Origin: Eubacteriales bacterium
GTDB lineage: Bacteria; Bacillota; Clostridia; Oscillospirales; UBA644
Direction of reading: 5' to 3'
NCBI GenBank assembly: GCA_045637625.1
Contig: JAZTZU010000062.1
Span: 1 to 49,301, forward strand
DNA: 49,301 nucleotides
This document shows, piece by piece, positions 8,839 through 18,099 of the stretch (its first letter is position 1; each line of letters begins with the position of its first letter). Position numbers and translations under genes: made by a program. The notes beneath the pieces are model-generated. The model was not told the DNA's origin. It made no database searches and worked only from the letters and a program-made list of their open reading frames with translations.

Positions 8839-9924
8839 TTAGTCTATTCTGAAGTCACAGTATGAGCATCCATGTCCGGGTCTTGGACCTGATATGTCAT
8901 ATGTGAGTGTGGGAAGATAATTTTCTGTTCTGGTAATACATGCAGGGTTGGGACAAACATGCTTTTTGGGAACATCCATGTGGCTGAAAATATCGGCTGT
9001 TCTGTCGCAATCAGCTTCAAGCATTTTGATGATGAGTGCCATTCTTATATACATACCGTTTTTCGCCTGTTTGAAGTAAAGAGCTCTGGAGTCGAAGTCT
9101 ACGCTTTCGGTAATTTCATCAACTCTTGGAAGTGGGTGAAGGATTGAAAGATCCTTTCTTGCCATTGCCATTTTCGCCGTGTCGAGAATATATTGTCCGC
9201 TTTGCTGTTTATACTGTTCTTCAGAAGCGAATCTTTCTTTTTGAATTCTTGTCATATAAAGAATATCAAGCTTGTCAATACATTCTTCAAGACTTGAAAC
9301 TTCATAAACTGTGTTTCCGTTTTGTTTAAGTGTGTCTATAATATACTGAGGAAGTTTAAGGGAAAGAGTTGAAACCAAATAGAAGGTGTTTTTGCCGAAC
9401 ATACACAAAGCTCTGAGCAGGGAGTGTACAGTTCTTCCGTGCTTAAGGTCTCCGCAAAGTCCGATTGAAAGTCCTGAAATCTTTCCTTTGTCTTCGGTTA
9501 TTGTAAAAAGGTCTGTGAGTGTCTGTGTGGGATGGAAATGTCCTCCATCTCCCGCATTGATAAAGGGCTTGTCCGAATAGAGAGAGGCTGCAAGGGCAGC
9601 TCCTTCTTTAGGATGACGCATTGCTATTATGTCCGCGTAAGAAGAAATTATAGTAATAGTGTCTTTAAGGTTTTCACCTTTTGCTACGGATGAGTTTCCC
9701 GGATTATCAAACCCGATAACCGTTCCTCCGAGTCGGTACATTGCTGTCTGGAATGAAAGCATCGTTCTTGTGGAAGGTTCATAGAAAAGTGTTGCGAGAA
9801 GTTTTCCTTTGCAATAGTCTGCGAAGTCTGCAGGCCTGTTTTTGATTTCAGCTGCAAGTTTTTGCAAACCGTACCATTCCTCTGTTGTAATGTCGTTAAA
9901 GTCTACAAGGTGTTTAAGTGACAT
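8839..9924 (-). CDS. pyrB: Aspartate carbamoyltransferase catalytic chain carrying a C-terminal PyrI-type zinc-binding domain
   Basis: STRTMLSFQ and HPTQ ATCase motifs. A C-terminal 55 aa (VCPNPACIT...GCSYCDF) matches the CPNxxCIS...CxYC zinc domain of the regulatory subunit. Confidence 0.85.
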   Translation of the reverse strand: MSLKHLVDFNDITTEEWYGLQKLAAEIKNRPADFADYCKGKLLATLFYEPSTRTMLSFQTAMYRLGGTVIGFDNPGNSSVAKGENLKDTITIISSYADIIAMRHPKEGAALAASLYSDKPFINAGDGGHFHPTQTLTDLFTITEDKGKISGLSIGLCGDLKHGRTVHSLLRALCMFGKNTFYLVSTLSLKLPQYIIDTLKQNGNTVYEVSSLEECIDKLDILYMTRIQKERFASEEQYKQQSGQYILDTAKMAMARKDLSILHPLPRVDEITESVDFDSRALYFKQAKNGMYIRMALIIKMLEADCDRTADIFSHMDVPKKHVCPNPACITRTENYLPTLTYDISGPRPGHGCSYCDFRID

Positions 9925-9926
9925 AG

Positions 9927-11102
9927 TTATCGTCTATCCTTTCTGTTTAAAACGAACTTCGAAAGCTTCGTTTTTCTCCCTTTTTGTATATGAATAAAAA
10001 ATATTATTGTCGTAAATAAAACTATAATTATCGCTGATAATGCTGTAATATGGAATATTGAGTTTCTTCCTGAATTCATCGCTTGTGTATATGAAGCAAA
10101 AACCGATAAGCTTTCATTTATTGGAATATATTTGGAAATAAAAAAGTATATTATCGCCGAAAAGGCTGTTTGCATTGTTTTACCCAATATATACGGTTTA
10201 GAGCTTAATCCGCTGTCTGAAATAAACGAGAGTACCTGACAGTGTACAGATAAACCCGCCCAACCTAAAATTGCTGAAGTGAGTGTTAAGCTGTGGGAAT
10301 AGGGTGCGGTGTTTCCGATCCGTTTTATCCCGGTCGTAAACTCAAAAATTCCCGAAATGATATTTTCATAATCTTTTGCATTTAGTGTTGTTGAGGGTAT
10401 TACTTTTTCAAGAAGTTTTGCAGTTGTGGGAATCACTCCCGAAACTGTAAGCAATCGTATTATTATTGCAAAGAAAATAATAAAAGAAGATATATAAATT
10501 AAATTTGTTGCCGCGTTTTTTACCGCATCTGTAAGTGATGGGAGGAATTTGACTATACGTGATTTTCTTATTGGATGAAAATCCAATTCCTGTTTATCTT
10601 GAATTTTCCAGAATCTGCCGAATATAAATCCTACAACGACAGAGGATATTATCTGTGTCAGCCACAGTGTCCATCCCACCAGGTTGCTGTTCCATATACC
10701 TATTCCGACTGTTCCCAAGATAAAAGCGGGGCCTGCATTATTGCTGAATGACAGTATCCTTTCTGCTTCTGTTTTGGAGCATAATCTGTTTTTATACAGT
10801 GAGATTGCTGTTTTTGCTCCAACCGGAAACCCTGAGATCAGGCCTAAAATAAATGCCGTGGCACAGGATCCGTTCACGTTAAATAACGGCTTCATTATGC
10901 ATCCGAATATCTTTCCCAATATATCAGCTAATCCTAAAGAGACTGCAAGCGCTGAAAAAACAAGAAACGGAAAAAGAGTTGGGATTATAACGTTGATACA
11001 TAAATTCAATGCATCTTTTGCCGCATTAAATGCTTCTGTCGGTGAGGCAACGAGTCCGACAAGACCTGCTACCGTAATCAACATGAAAATATATTTTCTC
11101 AA
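9927..11102 (-). CDS. ylbJ: YlbJ-like sporulation integral membrane protein (two nucleoside-recognition/Gate domains)
   Basis: 391-aa polytopic membrane protein with duplicated Gate-domain glycine-rich motifs; size and architecture resemble Bacillus YlbJ. Confidence 0.55.
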   Translation of the reverse strand: MRKYIFMLITVAGLVGLVASPTEAFNAAKDALNLCINVIIPTLFPFLVFSALAVSLGLADILGKIFGCIMKPLFNVNGSCATAFILGLISGFPVGAKTAISLYKNRLCSKTEAERILSFSNNAGPAFILGTVGIGIWNSNLVGWTLWLTQIISSVVVGFIFGRFWKIQDKQELDFHPIRKSRIVKFLPSLTDAVKNAATNLIYISSFIIFFAIIIRLLTVSGVIPTTAKLLEKVIPSTTLNAKDYENIISGIFEFTTGIKRIGNTAPYSHSLTLTSAILGWAGLSVHCQVLSFISDSGLSSKPYILGKTMQTAFSAIIYFFISKYIPINESLSVFASYTQAMNSGRNSIFHITALSAIIIVLFTTIIFFIHIQKGRKTKLSKFVLNRKDRR

Positions 11103-11181
11103 AAAAACACTCTCCGTAATTGGGAGTATCGGAGTGATACTCCCATAATTTACGGTTAATTATATGCGTGGCTTTTGAGAA

Positions 11182-13104
11182 TTATCTGACTTTTTCTCCG
11201 GGTTGAGCATTTTCGGGAGCAAAGATTACATTTATCTTATCTTTTCCTGATGATGCAAGAAGCATACCTTTGCTTTCAACACCGCGGATTTTTGCAGGTT
11301 TAAGGTTTTTGATGATGATTACTTTCTTTCCAACGAGGTCGTCGGGTGTGTAATCTTTTGCGATTCCGGAAACTATCTGTCTCTTTTCTGAACCGATGTC
11401 TACTTGAAGTTTGAGAAGTTTATCGCTTTTTTCAACTTTTTCGCAAGCAAGAATTTTTGCAACTCTCAGATCAAGCGCTCCGAAATGATCTATTTCAACC
11501 TCGGGAAGTTCAGGTTCAGCAGGTTTTTCGGGTGCGGGTTTTGGCATGGATTCTTCAAGTTCTTTGAGGAATTTTTCAGCATCGATTCTGTTGAAAAGGG
11601 GAGTAGCTGTTCCGACTTTTGTACCGATCTTATACGCACCGAAAGTTTTAACGCTTTCGTAATCTGTAATATCACAATTGATCTGCTTCATGATCTCATC
11701 TGCTGTTGCCGGAATAAAAGGTTTGATAAGAATAGCCATGATGCGGATACTTTCAATGAGGTTGTAGAGTGCTGTTGAAAGTCTGTTTTTCTTTTCTTCA
11801 TCCTTAGCAAGAACCCAAGGTGCTGTTTCATCAATATACTTGTTGCATCTCTTTGCGATATTGAGAACCGTTTCAAGCGCATCGCTGATTCTGAATTCGT
11901 CCATAAGACTTTCAAGCTTCTTGTAAGTGTTTGTCGCAAGATCAATGAGCTCGTTGTCGAGTTCTTCTCTGCAGTCGCAGCAGGGAAGTGTTCCGTCAAA
12001 ATATTTGTTTACCATTGTAACTGTTCTGTTTACAAGGTTGCCGATAGTATTTGCAAGATCGCTGTTATATTTTTCAATCATGGATTCGTATGTTATTGAA
12101 CCGTCTGCTGTATAAGGCATTTCAGAAAGAAGATAATATCTTACCGCATCAACACCGAACTGTTTTGCAAGGTCATCAGCGTAAATTACATTACCTCTTG
12201 ATTTTGACATCTTGTCTGTACCGAAAAGGAGCCAAGGGTGACCGAAAACTTTCTTTGGAAGAGGTTCGCCGAGAGCCATAAGCATAATTGGCCAATAGAT
12301 GGTATGGAATCTGAGAATATCTTTACCGATAACGTGGACATCTGCAGGCCAGTATTTCTTATAAAGGTCGCTTGAGCCGTCAGGGTCGTATCCGAGAGCT
12401 GTGATATAGTTGGAAAGAGCATCTATCCATACGTAAATTACGTGTTTGGGGTCAAAGTCAACGGGAACACCCCATTTGAATGATGTTCTTGAAACGCAAA
12501 GGTCCTGAATACCGGGTTTGATAAAGTTATTTATCATTTCCTTTTTTCTGCCTTCGGGGAAAATAAAATCAGGCTGAGCTTCGATATATTCTTCAAGCTG
12601 TTTCTGATATTTGGAAAGTTTGAGGTAGTAAGTTTCCTCTTTTGTTTTGTGAACTTCTCTTCCGCAGTCGGGACATTTTCCGTCTACGAGCTGAGTTTCT
12701 GTCCAGAAACTTTCGCAGGGTGTACAATACCATCCTTCGTATTCGTCAAGGTAGATGTCTCCCTGGTCATAAAGTTTTTTGAATATCTTCTGAACTACCT
12801 TTTCGTGATCAGCATCTGTAGTTCTGATAAATTTGTCATATGTTGTGTTAAGTGTATCGCAAATATCTTTTATCTGACCGGCAACAATGTCAACATGTTC
12901 TTTGGGTGTTATACCTGCTTCTTTTGCGATTTCTTCTATTTTCTGTCCGTGTTCGTCTGTTCCTGTAAGGAAGAAAACATCGTATCCTTGCATTCGCTTG
13001 AACCTCGCAATAGCATCTGTAAGAACTACTTCATAGGAGTTTCCGATGTGGGGCTTCTTTGACGTGTACGCGATGGCTGTGGTGATATAAAATTTCTCTT
13101 TCAT
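11182..13104 (-). CDS. metG: Methionine--tRNA ligase with C-terminal EMAP/tRNA-binding domain
   Basis: HIGH-type motif PHIGNSYE, KMSKS (DKMSKS), zinc knuckles (CPDCG) and a C-terminal OB-fold tail. Confidence 0.95.
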   Translation of the reverse strand: MKEKFYITTAIAYTSKKPHIGNSYEVVLTDAIARFKRMQGYDVFFLTGTDEHGQKIEEIAKEAGITPKEHVDIVAGQIKDICDTLNTTYDKFIRTTDADHEKVVQKIFKKLYDQGDIYLDEYEGWYCTPCESFWTETQLVDGKCPDCGREVHKTKEETYYLKLSKYQKQLEEYIEAQPDFIFPEGRKKEMINNFIKPGIQDLCVSRTSFKWGVPVDFDPKHVIYVWIDALSNYITALGYDPDGSSDLYKKYWPADVHVIGKDILRFHTIYWPIMLMALGEPLPKKVFGHPWLLFGTDKMSKSRGNVIYADDLAKQFGVDAVRYYLLSEMPYTADGSITYESMIEKYNSDLANTIGNLVNRTVTMVNKYFDGTLPCCDCREELDNELIDLATNTYKKLESLMDEFRISDALETVLNIAKRCNKYIDETAPWVLAKDEEKKNRLSTALYNLIESIRIMAILIKPFIPATADEIMKQINCDITDYESVKTFGAYKIGTKVGTATPLFNRIDAEKFLKELEESMPKPAPEKPAEPELPEVEIDHFGALDLRVAKILACEKVEKSDKLLKLQVDIGSEKRQIVSGIAKDYTPDDLVGKKVIIIKNLKPAKIRGVESKGMLLASSGKDKINVIFAPENAQPGEKVR

Positions 13105-13320
13105 TTGTATCTTCCTTTCTATAAAAATAATGCTTGGAATTGTTTAATCAATATATTATACCATATTCTGAGACGGTTTTCAATACTGAAAGGCAAATAT
13201 TTTGTGGCAATTTCCGTTATTTTCAATTTTGAAGTTGACATTGACATAAATATATGATAAAATTATCTATAGTCAAGCCCGATTTTAAAAAATCATATCG
13301 GGTGAAAGGAAATATAAAAA

Positions 13321-13935
13321 ATGAAAAGTGTTTTTAAATTAGCTCTTGGACTATTTCTTCGTACGGTTTTGGTTTGCATGCTTTCATTTATGGCAATCAT
13401 AACTCTTGGAATGGTTGGCTCCGCAAACGGAGAATTGAGTCCTGTTGTTTCGGTTATTTTCGGTCTGATCTACTTCTTTATGCTGCTTTACTTTTTTGTT
13501 TATACTGCATGGGTTGACGGAAACAGCGATCATAACAGAGTGAAGATCGGTCAGGCAAAAGAAATGGTGTGGAAAGGTTATGCCGCAGGTATGATCGTTG
13601 TTGTTCCTATCATTGCAATATTTGTCTCAACTTATTTGTTAATGGATATTGAGAATACTTTTGTGGGTGCCCTTAATATTCTGAAGTTTATTTTTGTATG
13701 GGCAGGTATATATCTTACAGTACCATTTACGGGTGGTATTTCAACTACTACAGTAGATTCCGAAGTAGTTAAAGATCCTGCATTGGCGTTATATATGACA
13801 TTGATCCTTTGTCTTGTATATTTGATTTCAGGTATATGTGCCGGTGTGGGGTATTTCTTTGGTTACAGAAAAATATCCTTTATTCCCAAAATTGTTGATA
13901 AAATTATGGGTAAAACTCCTTCCTCGAAGAAATAA
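13321..13935 (+). CDS. Hypothetical small membrane protein (4-5 transmembrane helices)
   Basis: 204-aa ORF with a purine-rich leader (AAAGGAAATATAAAAA ATG). Divergent from metG. Confidence 0.6.
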   Translation: MKSVFKLALGLFLRTVLVCMLSFMAIITLGMVGSANGELSPVVSVIFGLIYFFMLLYFFVYTAWVDGNSDHNRVKIGQAKEMVWKGYAAGMIVVVPIIAIFVSTYLLMDIENTFVGALNILKFIFVWAGIYLTVPFTGGISTTTVDSEVVKDPALALYMTLILCLVYLISGICAGVGYFFGYRKISFIPKIVDKIMGKTPSSKK

Positions 13936-13945
13936 TTTTTTCAAT

Positions 13946-13987
13946 TAAAAAATCAGACCGTGTATCTGTGATGATACACGGTTTTTT
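13946..13987. terminator. Bidirectional intrinsic terminator between convergent genes
   Basis: Stem ccgtgtatc (13958-13966) / gatacacgg (13973-13981) flanked by A6 and T6 runs. Confidence 0.7.
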
Positions 13988-13994
13988 ATGTTAT

Positions 13995-15458
13995 TTAGTT
14001 CAGTGTGATGGTATATCCATCCGGTAACGGGTGACAGTTGTATTGATGATCCCGTGGTTGGTTGTTAACATCCAGGCTCGAGTTATACTGTGCATAATAT
14101 TTCAGGCCTTCTGCATTGTATATTGCCATATAAAAACTGCAAAGTTCAGGACCTGTTTCGGGAATAAAACTGTTTACAATTACCAGTTTTTCTCCGTCAT
14201 AAACCATTTCTGAAGCATAATCCATGAAGTGGAAATTTTCATCAATGAATTTAGGCTGTTTTGCAATGAATTTCAGTTCGTAAGCCCCCTCTTCTGAAAT
14301 TTCTATAAGTGCAAACTCTTCGGAAAACATCAGAATTATAAAGTTTTCGGATGTTTTTATTGTTTTATTGTAGGTTGAATCTACAAAGTCTCCGCTTGCA
14401 ATCAATTTGTATCTTTCCATGCTTGTTTTTACACTGTGAATAGTCCTGTTTTCAATTACTATCTTTTCATATTCTGTCATTGTTTCGAGGTCTATTACAG
14501 TAAATATCGTATCGTCTTCTTTTACGCCTACCATGATCATGTATTTTTCGTCAGCTGATATGTCCAGGTATTCTACTGACATTTCAGGGTCAAGCGGATA
14601 TACATTTGAAAGTGAATCTGCATCTATTCCTGTATAAGATATGAGGGGATTATGACTGTATTTGAAGCTGTAAATGCCGTATCCTCCCGGAACAAGGCTG
14701 AAATCTGCATACTGATTGAGATATGTTTTATTTCTGATAGTGAAAAATATTTCATCATCCGTATGTGTGCTTATAGTGCTCGTATAATAGTCAAACGCGT
14801 TGTCTACGGTTCCCGACCCTACGCTCATGCCATTATGATATTTCCCGACAGATATATGAACCTCATGTTTATCAAGAATGGGGATTCTGAAAAATTCCCT
14901 GAATTTGTCTACCACATATTTTTCTCCGCCCGGTTCTTCGTTGGAAAGAAGCTCATAGTTATTGTTAGTCCATCGTATATTGGGGATTGTTATATTCAAT
15001 CTTAAAGGATAGTAGTCGTAAATATCTTTTAATGCTACCGTTGTTTCAGCTCGCTGTCCCAATTCACAACTGTCGTAAAGCTCTTTATATATTTTTGAAA
15101 GTCCTACCTGTTCTTCTGTCGGTTTTTCTGCATCAAATCCATACCGTATATCTGTATCTATTTCAAATATAAAGTATTTATTGTTTCGTGGCTGATATGG
15201 TTCTGATGCGTAAAATTTATAGTCAGTCGTTGTCTTAGGGTTTTTGCCTGCGGTATATTCTGTCGTCCAGAACAAATGATTATCATAATGCGTTGAACTT
15301 GTAATTGTTATTCCTTCTGCAATGGACTTGTCACCGTAGAGAAGTTCTTCTGTTATGGTTATCGTATCGTTTTGTGAATCAACTGCTGTTCCGATGATTA
15401 AAAGGCTGCTTACAGACAAAAGAAAAAGTATTATTATCAGTACTATGATCTTTTTCAT
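13995..15458 (-). CDS. Exported or membrane-anchored protein of unknown function, last gene of the GntR-ABC operon
   Basis: 487 aa with an N-terminal hydrophobic signal/anchor (MKKIIVLIIILFLLSVSSLLIIG), rich in Tyr/Asn/Thr. 3-nt gap to the ABC ATPase gene. Confidence 0.6.
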   Translation of the reverse strand: MKKIIVLIIILFLLSVSSLLIIGTAVDSQNDTITITEELLYGDKSIAEGITITSSTHYDNHLFWTTEYTAGKNPKTTTDYKFYASEPYQPRNNKYFIFEIDTDIRYGFDAEKPTEEQVGLSKIYKELYDSCELGQRAETTVALKDIYDYYPLRLNITIPNIRWTNNNYELLSNEEPGGEKYVVDKFREFFRIPILDKHEVHISVGKYHNGMSVGSGTVDNAFDYYTSTISTHTDDEIFFTIRNKTYLNQYADFSLVPGGYGIYSFKYSHNPLISYTGIDADSLSNVYPLDPEMSVEYLDISADEKYMIMVGVKEDDTIFTVIDLETMTEYEKIVIENRTIHSVKTSMERYKLIASGDFVDSTYNKTIKTSENFIILMFSEEFALIEISEEGAYELKFIAKQPKFIDENFHFMDYASEMVYDGEKLVIVNSFIPETGPELCSFYMAIYNAEGLKYYAQYNSSLDVNNQPRDHQYNCHPLPDGYTITLN

Positions 15459-15461
15459 ATT

Positions 15462-16208
15462 TTATAGTCCTTTCTGCTCGTTTTCTCCTGATAGATCATC
15501 AAGGGCTTTGCTTACCCTGTCTGCTCTGTAGTGATAAGTTTCTTTAATGTAGCTCATAAGTGTTTTTCCCTGTTCTTCAAGATCTTCCGTAGAGACATCG
15601 CCCACGATTTTTCCTTTTCTTATAAGTATCGCTCTTCCTATGAAGTCAGATACTTCTTCTATAAGGTGTGTTGATAACAAAACTGTTTCATGGGGTTCCA
15701 GGATGCCCAGCAGTACCTTGTAAAAGTCCTCCCGGTTAAATACATCATTGCCTGCAAAGGGTTCGTCCATCAGTATATAATCTGCTCCTTGACAAAGTGA
15801 CAGGATTACTTCAAACTGATTTTTCTGACCTGTAGAAAACCTTTTTATCGGTGTATGTCTGGGCAGCTCGAAAAATTCCATAAGTCCGTTGAAACGTTTT
15901 TCTGAAAAAGCAGGGAAGTGCTCTTTGTAAAATTCCATATGTGCTGTGGCTGTAAGATTGGGAAAAAATGAATGTTCGCTTGTTGCAAAGGATATCTTAT
16001 GAATATTTTTTGTGGTGATGGATTCTCCGTCAAGGGTTATTTGTCCGTGATAATTGAGAAATCCTAAAATACATTTCATTAAAGTTGTTTTTCCTGCTCC
16101 GTTTTCTCCGAAAATCCCAACAATTTCACCTCTCGGAAGTTTCAGGTTTATTTCTGAAAGAGCTTTTTTGCAAATATATATTTTATCTAAATTTTTAATT
16201 TCCAACAT
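15462..16208 (-). CDS. ABC transporter ATP-binding protein
   Basis: Walker A GENGAGKTT, ABC signature (FSTGQKNQ), Walker B ILMDEP. Confidence 0.85.
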   Translation of the reverse strand: MLEIKNLDKIYICKKALSEINLKLPRGEIVGIFGENGAGKTTLMKCILGFLNYHGQITLDGESITTKNIHKISFATSEHSFFPNLTATAHMEFYKEHFPAFSEKRFNGLMEFFELPRHTPIKRFSTGQKNQFEVILSLCQGADYILMDEPFAGNDVFNREDFYKVLLGILEPHETVLLSTHLIEEVSDFIGRAILIRKGKIVGDVSTEDLEEQGKTLMSYIKETYHYRADRVSKALDDLSGENEQKGL

Positions 16209-16222
16209 GATATATCACCTTT

Positions 16223-16747
16223 CTAAATGAAGTATGAAAAATATGACCAGAATTTTTGCCATTGGTCGGGTCTAAGGCTTTGTTCGGGGGTTATAAGCAG
16301 GTAGAAACATAGGTAAAACACTGCAACCAGAAAGCCTATCAGCAATGTGATCGCTGTAAAGATCAGAGGAAGGGTCCAAGCTCTTTTGTGTAGTTCTGAT
16401 TTCTTAGGAAGCCTCTTCATCAGATAAATACTTTTGCTTCCGCCCTGATAGTAGCTTGCATAATAGAATACCACATAAAACATCATACATATGGCAACAA
16501 TCGGTATTCCTATGAGAAATTTATTGAGGATCAGTGGGAAATCGGGCATTTGAGCTCCGCTGATCAAAATCCTTTTGGTTCCGTCAAATTCAAACAGATT
16601 CTGATAATTATTAAAGTACTCAACGAAAAAATATAGGCTGTAGATAATTGATATTATATTCCCCACGATAAAAAAGTCTGTCTGTTGTTTTATATTTGAA
16701 CCGGGTGGGGCGTATCTTGTAATGTCCGGTTTTTTATTTTGATTCAT
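16223..16747 (-). CDS. Small integral membrane protein (ABC-2/YtrC-D-like permease accessory)
   Basis: 174 aa with 4 predicted transmembrane helices. 14-nt overlap with the upstream gene indicates translational coupling. Confidence 0.55.
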   Translation of the reverse strand: MNQNKKPDITRYAPPGSNIKQQTDFFIVGNIISIIYSLYFFVEYFNNYQNLFEFDGTKRILISGAQMPDFPLILNKFLIGIPIVAICMMFYVVFYYASYYQGGSKSIYLMKRLPKKSELHKRAWTLPLIFTAITLLIGFLVAVFYLCFYLLITPEQSLRPDQWQKFWSYFSYFI

Positions 16748-17492
16748 TTTCTCTTACCTCCTCTTCGTCGTTCTTGAAGACCGTATAAAGAGTTTCTCCG
16801 ATAATGCAAATCGAGACAAGACTCATAAATACCGCGTTGAATATATTTCCGAGCTCTCTGCTGAAAAATACTATCGTATAGAGTAAAAGGGCAATTGCCG
16901 TGATGGAATTTTTGTGTCTTCTTTGTTTGTATGGAAATTCCGCGGCTGCGAATCCGAGACCTGCCGCAAGGAAAATATTTCTCACCCAAGTTGCTGTGTC
17001 TGAGAGTGGGAGAATATTGTGGAGGAATTCGTTCCTGTAAAAGGCTAAGAATACGGTTTGATTTCCTACATAATCTGCAGGGGCTGTTTTGGCGTACCAT
17101 ACGCATAACCCGAAAACCGTAACCGCCTGAATTGCCCAAAATATAATGTAAACTAAAGAATTGTATGTTGCCTGACAGAAGAAAAATCCTCTTTCACTTA
17201 TAGAAAGTCTTTGTATTGTGTATCCGGTTCTTGTATTGCTGTTTTCCGAGCCTGTGATAAACAGTAAAAGGGTTATTATCAAAGCGCAGATGGGAAATAC
17301 CCAGATTATAAAACTTCTGTCAATGACAGTCTCAAGGTTTTCCATCGTGAACTCTTCAGAAAGCCTCAAGGCATAATTCAGCCTGTTATAAAACAGTATC
17401 ATCTCTGCTGCCACCATAAGGGCTGATGTAGTAAGGATCTTAAAAATTGAGCCTCGTGCAATAAGCCCGAATACGGATAAATATTTCTTCAT
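16734..17492 (-). CDS. Integral membrane permease-like protein (ABC-2 type)
   Basis: 252 aa with 6 hydrophobic helices. Sits between the GntR gene and the ATPase gene. Confidence 0.6.
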   Translation of the reverse strand: MKKYLSVFGLIARGSIFKILTTSALMVAAEMILFYNRLNYALRLSEEFTMENLETVIDRSFIIWVFPICALIITLLLFITGSENSNTRTGYTIQRLSISERGFFFCQATYNSLVYIIFWAIQAVTVFGLCVWYAKTAPADYVGNQTVFLAFYRNEFLHNILPLSDTATWVRNIFLAAGLGFAAAEFPYKQRRHKNSITAIALLLYTIVFFSRELGNIFNAVFMSLVSICIIGETLYTVFKNDEEEVRENESK

Positions 17493-17495
17493 ATC

Positions 17496-17873
17496 TTACA
17501 CCTCATTCCAATATTTTTCCAGAAGGAGTATCGTTTCTTCCTTGGAAATTCCCATTTGTTTTATTGCTGATATCATATCTGTAATATCACATTCAACGAG
17601 CTCTTTTTTTATTTTTTCAATTTTGACATTGTCAAGTTTCATATAGCTTTTTGTTCCTGAATGTGATTCTATCAGATCTTCCTCTTCAAGCATTTTGTAT
17701 GATTTTTGTATTGTGTTTGGATTGACACCCAATAACGCTGAAAGAACTCTTCTTGACGGGAGTTCGTCATTGTTGGTTACTGTTCCGGAGACGATTCCTC
17801 GTTTGATATACATAAGGATCTGTGAATATATTGGAGTTTTATCGTCGAGAATCAGATTTTCAAATGAAATCAT
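17496..17873 (-). CDS. GntR-family transcriptional repressor, YtrA subfamily (short C-terminal domain)
   Basis: 125 aa; winged-HTH segment PSRRVLSALLGVNPNTIQKSYKMLEEEDLIESHSGTKSYM. First gene of the ABC operon. Confidence 0.8.
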   Translation of the reverse strand: MISFENLILDDKTPIYSQILMYIKRGIVSGTVTNNDELPSRRVLSALLGVNPNTIQKSYKMLEEEDLIESHSGTKSYMKLDNVKIEKIKKELVECDITDMISAIKQMGISKEETILLLEKYWNEV

Positions 17874-17897
17874 TTAAGCTCACCTTTCTGAAAATAA

Positions 17898-17962
17898 AAC
17901 TGTATTAGTAATGTAATACGCTTGTTCAACTGTATTATACCACTAATACAGTTGATTGTCAA
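17898..17962 (-). promoter_or_regulatory. Promoter (-35 TTGACA, 17 nt, TGGTATAAT) with two tandem palindromic operators
   Basis: Perfect inverted repeat caactgtatta-N6-taatacagttg (17927-17954) overlaps the -10 and spacer. A second imperfect copy actgtatta-N6-taatacg lies at 17898-17920 in the leader. Confidence 0.55.
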
Positions 17963-18046
17963 TAGGGTTTATGTAACGATTTTGTGAGTAAAGTTGGGCA
18001 AAAAATAAGGTATTGGGAATATGATGGAGTAAATTGTTTTTTTCTA

Positions 18047-18075
18047 TTGACAAATCGTGTTTTTTGAATTATAAT
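18047..18075 (+). promoter_or_regulatory. Sigma-A-type promoter of the lipoprotein gene (TTGACA-17-TATAAT)
   Basis: Perfect consensus hexamers 25 nt upstream of the ATG region. Divergent from the GntR promoter. Confidence 0.5.
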
Positions 18076-18099
18076 AAAAATGAAAGGATGTGTGTGTAA

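Noticed and set aside
13105-13320. Possible T-box riboswitch leader upstream of metG
   Set aside because: No T-box consensus (reverse complement of AATTAGGGTGGTACCGCG) or specifier/antiterminator arrangement was found. The 216-nt intergenic region is shared with the divergent gene and is too short.
16744-17139. 131-aa minus-strand ORF rich in Arg/Gly
   Set aside because: It is in an alternative frame entirely inside the 252-aa permease gene and its composition is typical of an out-of-frame translation.
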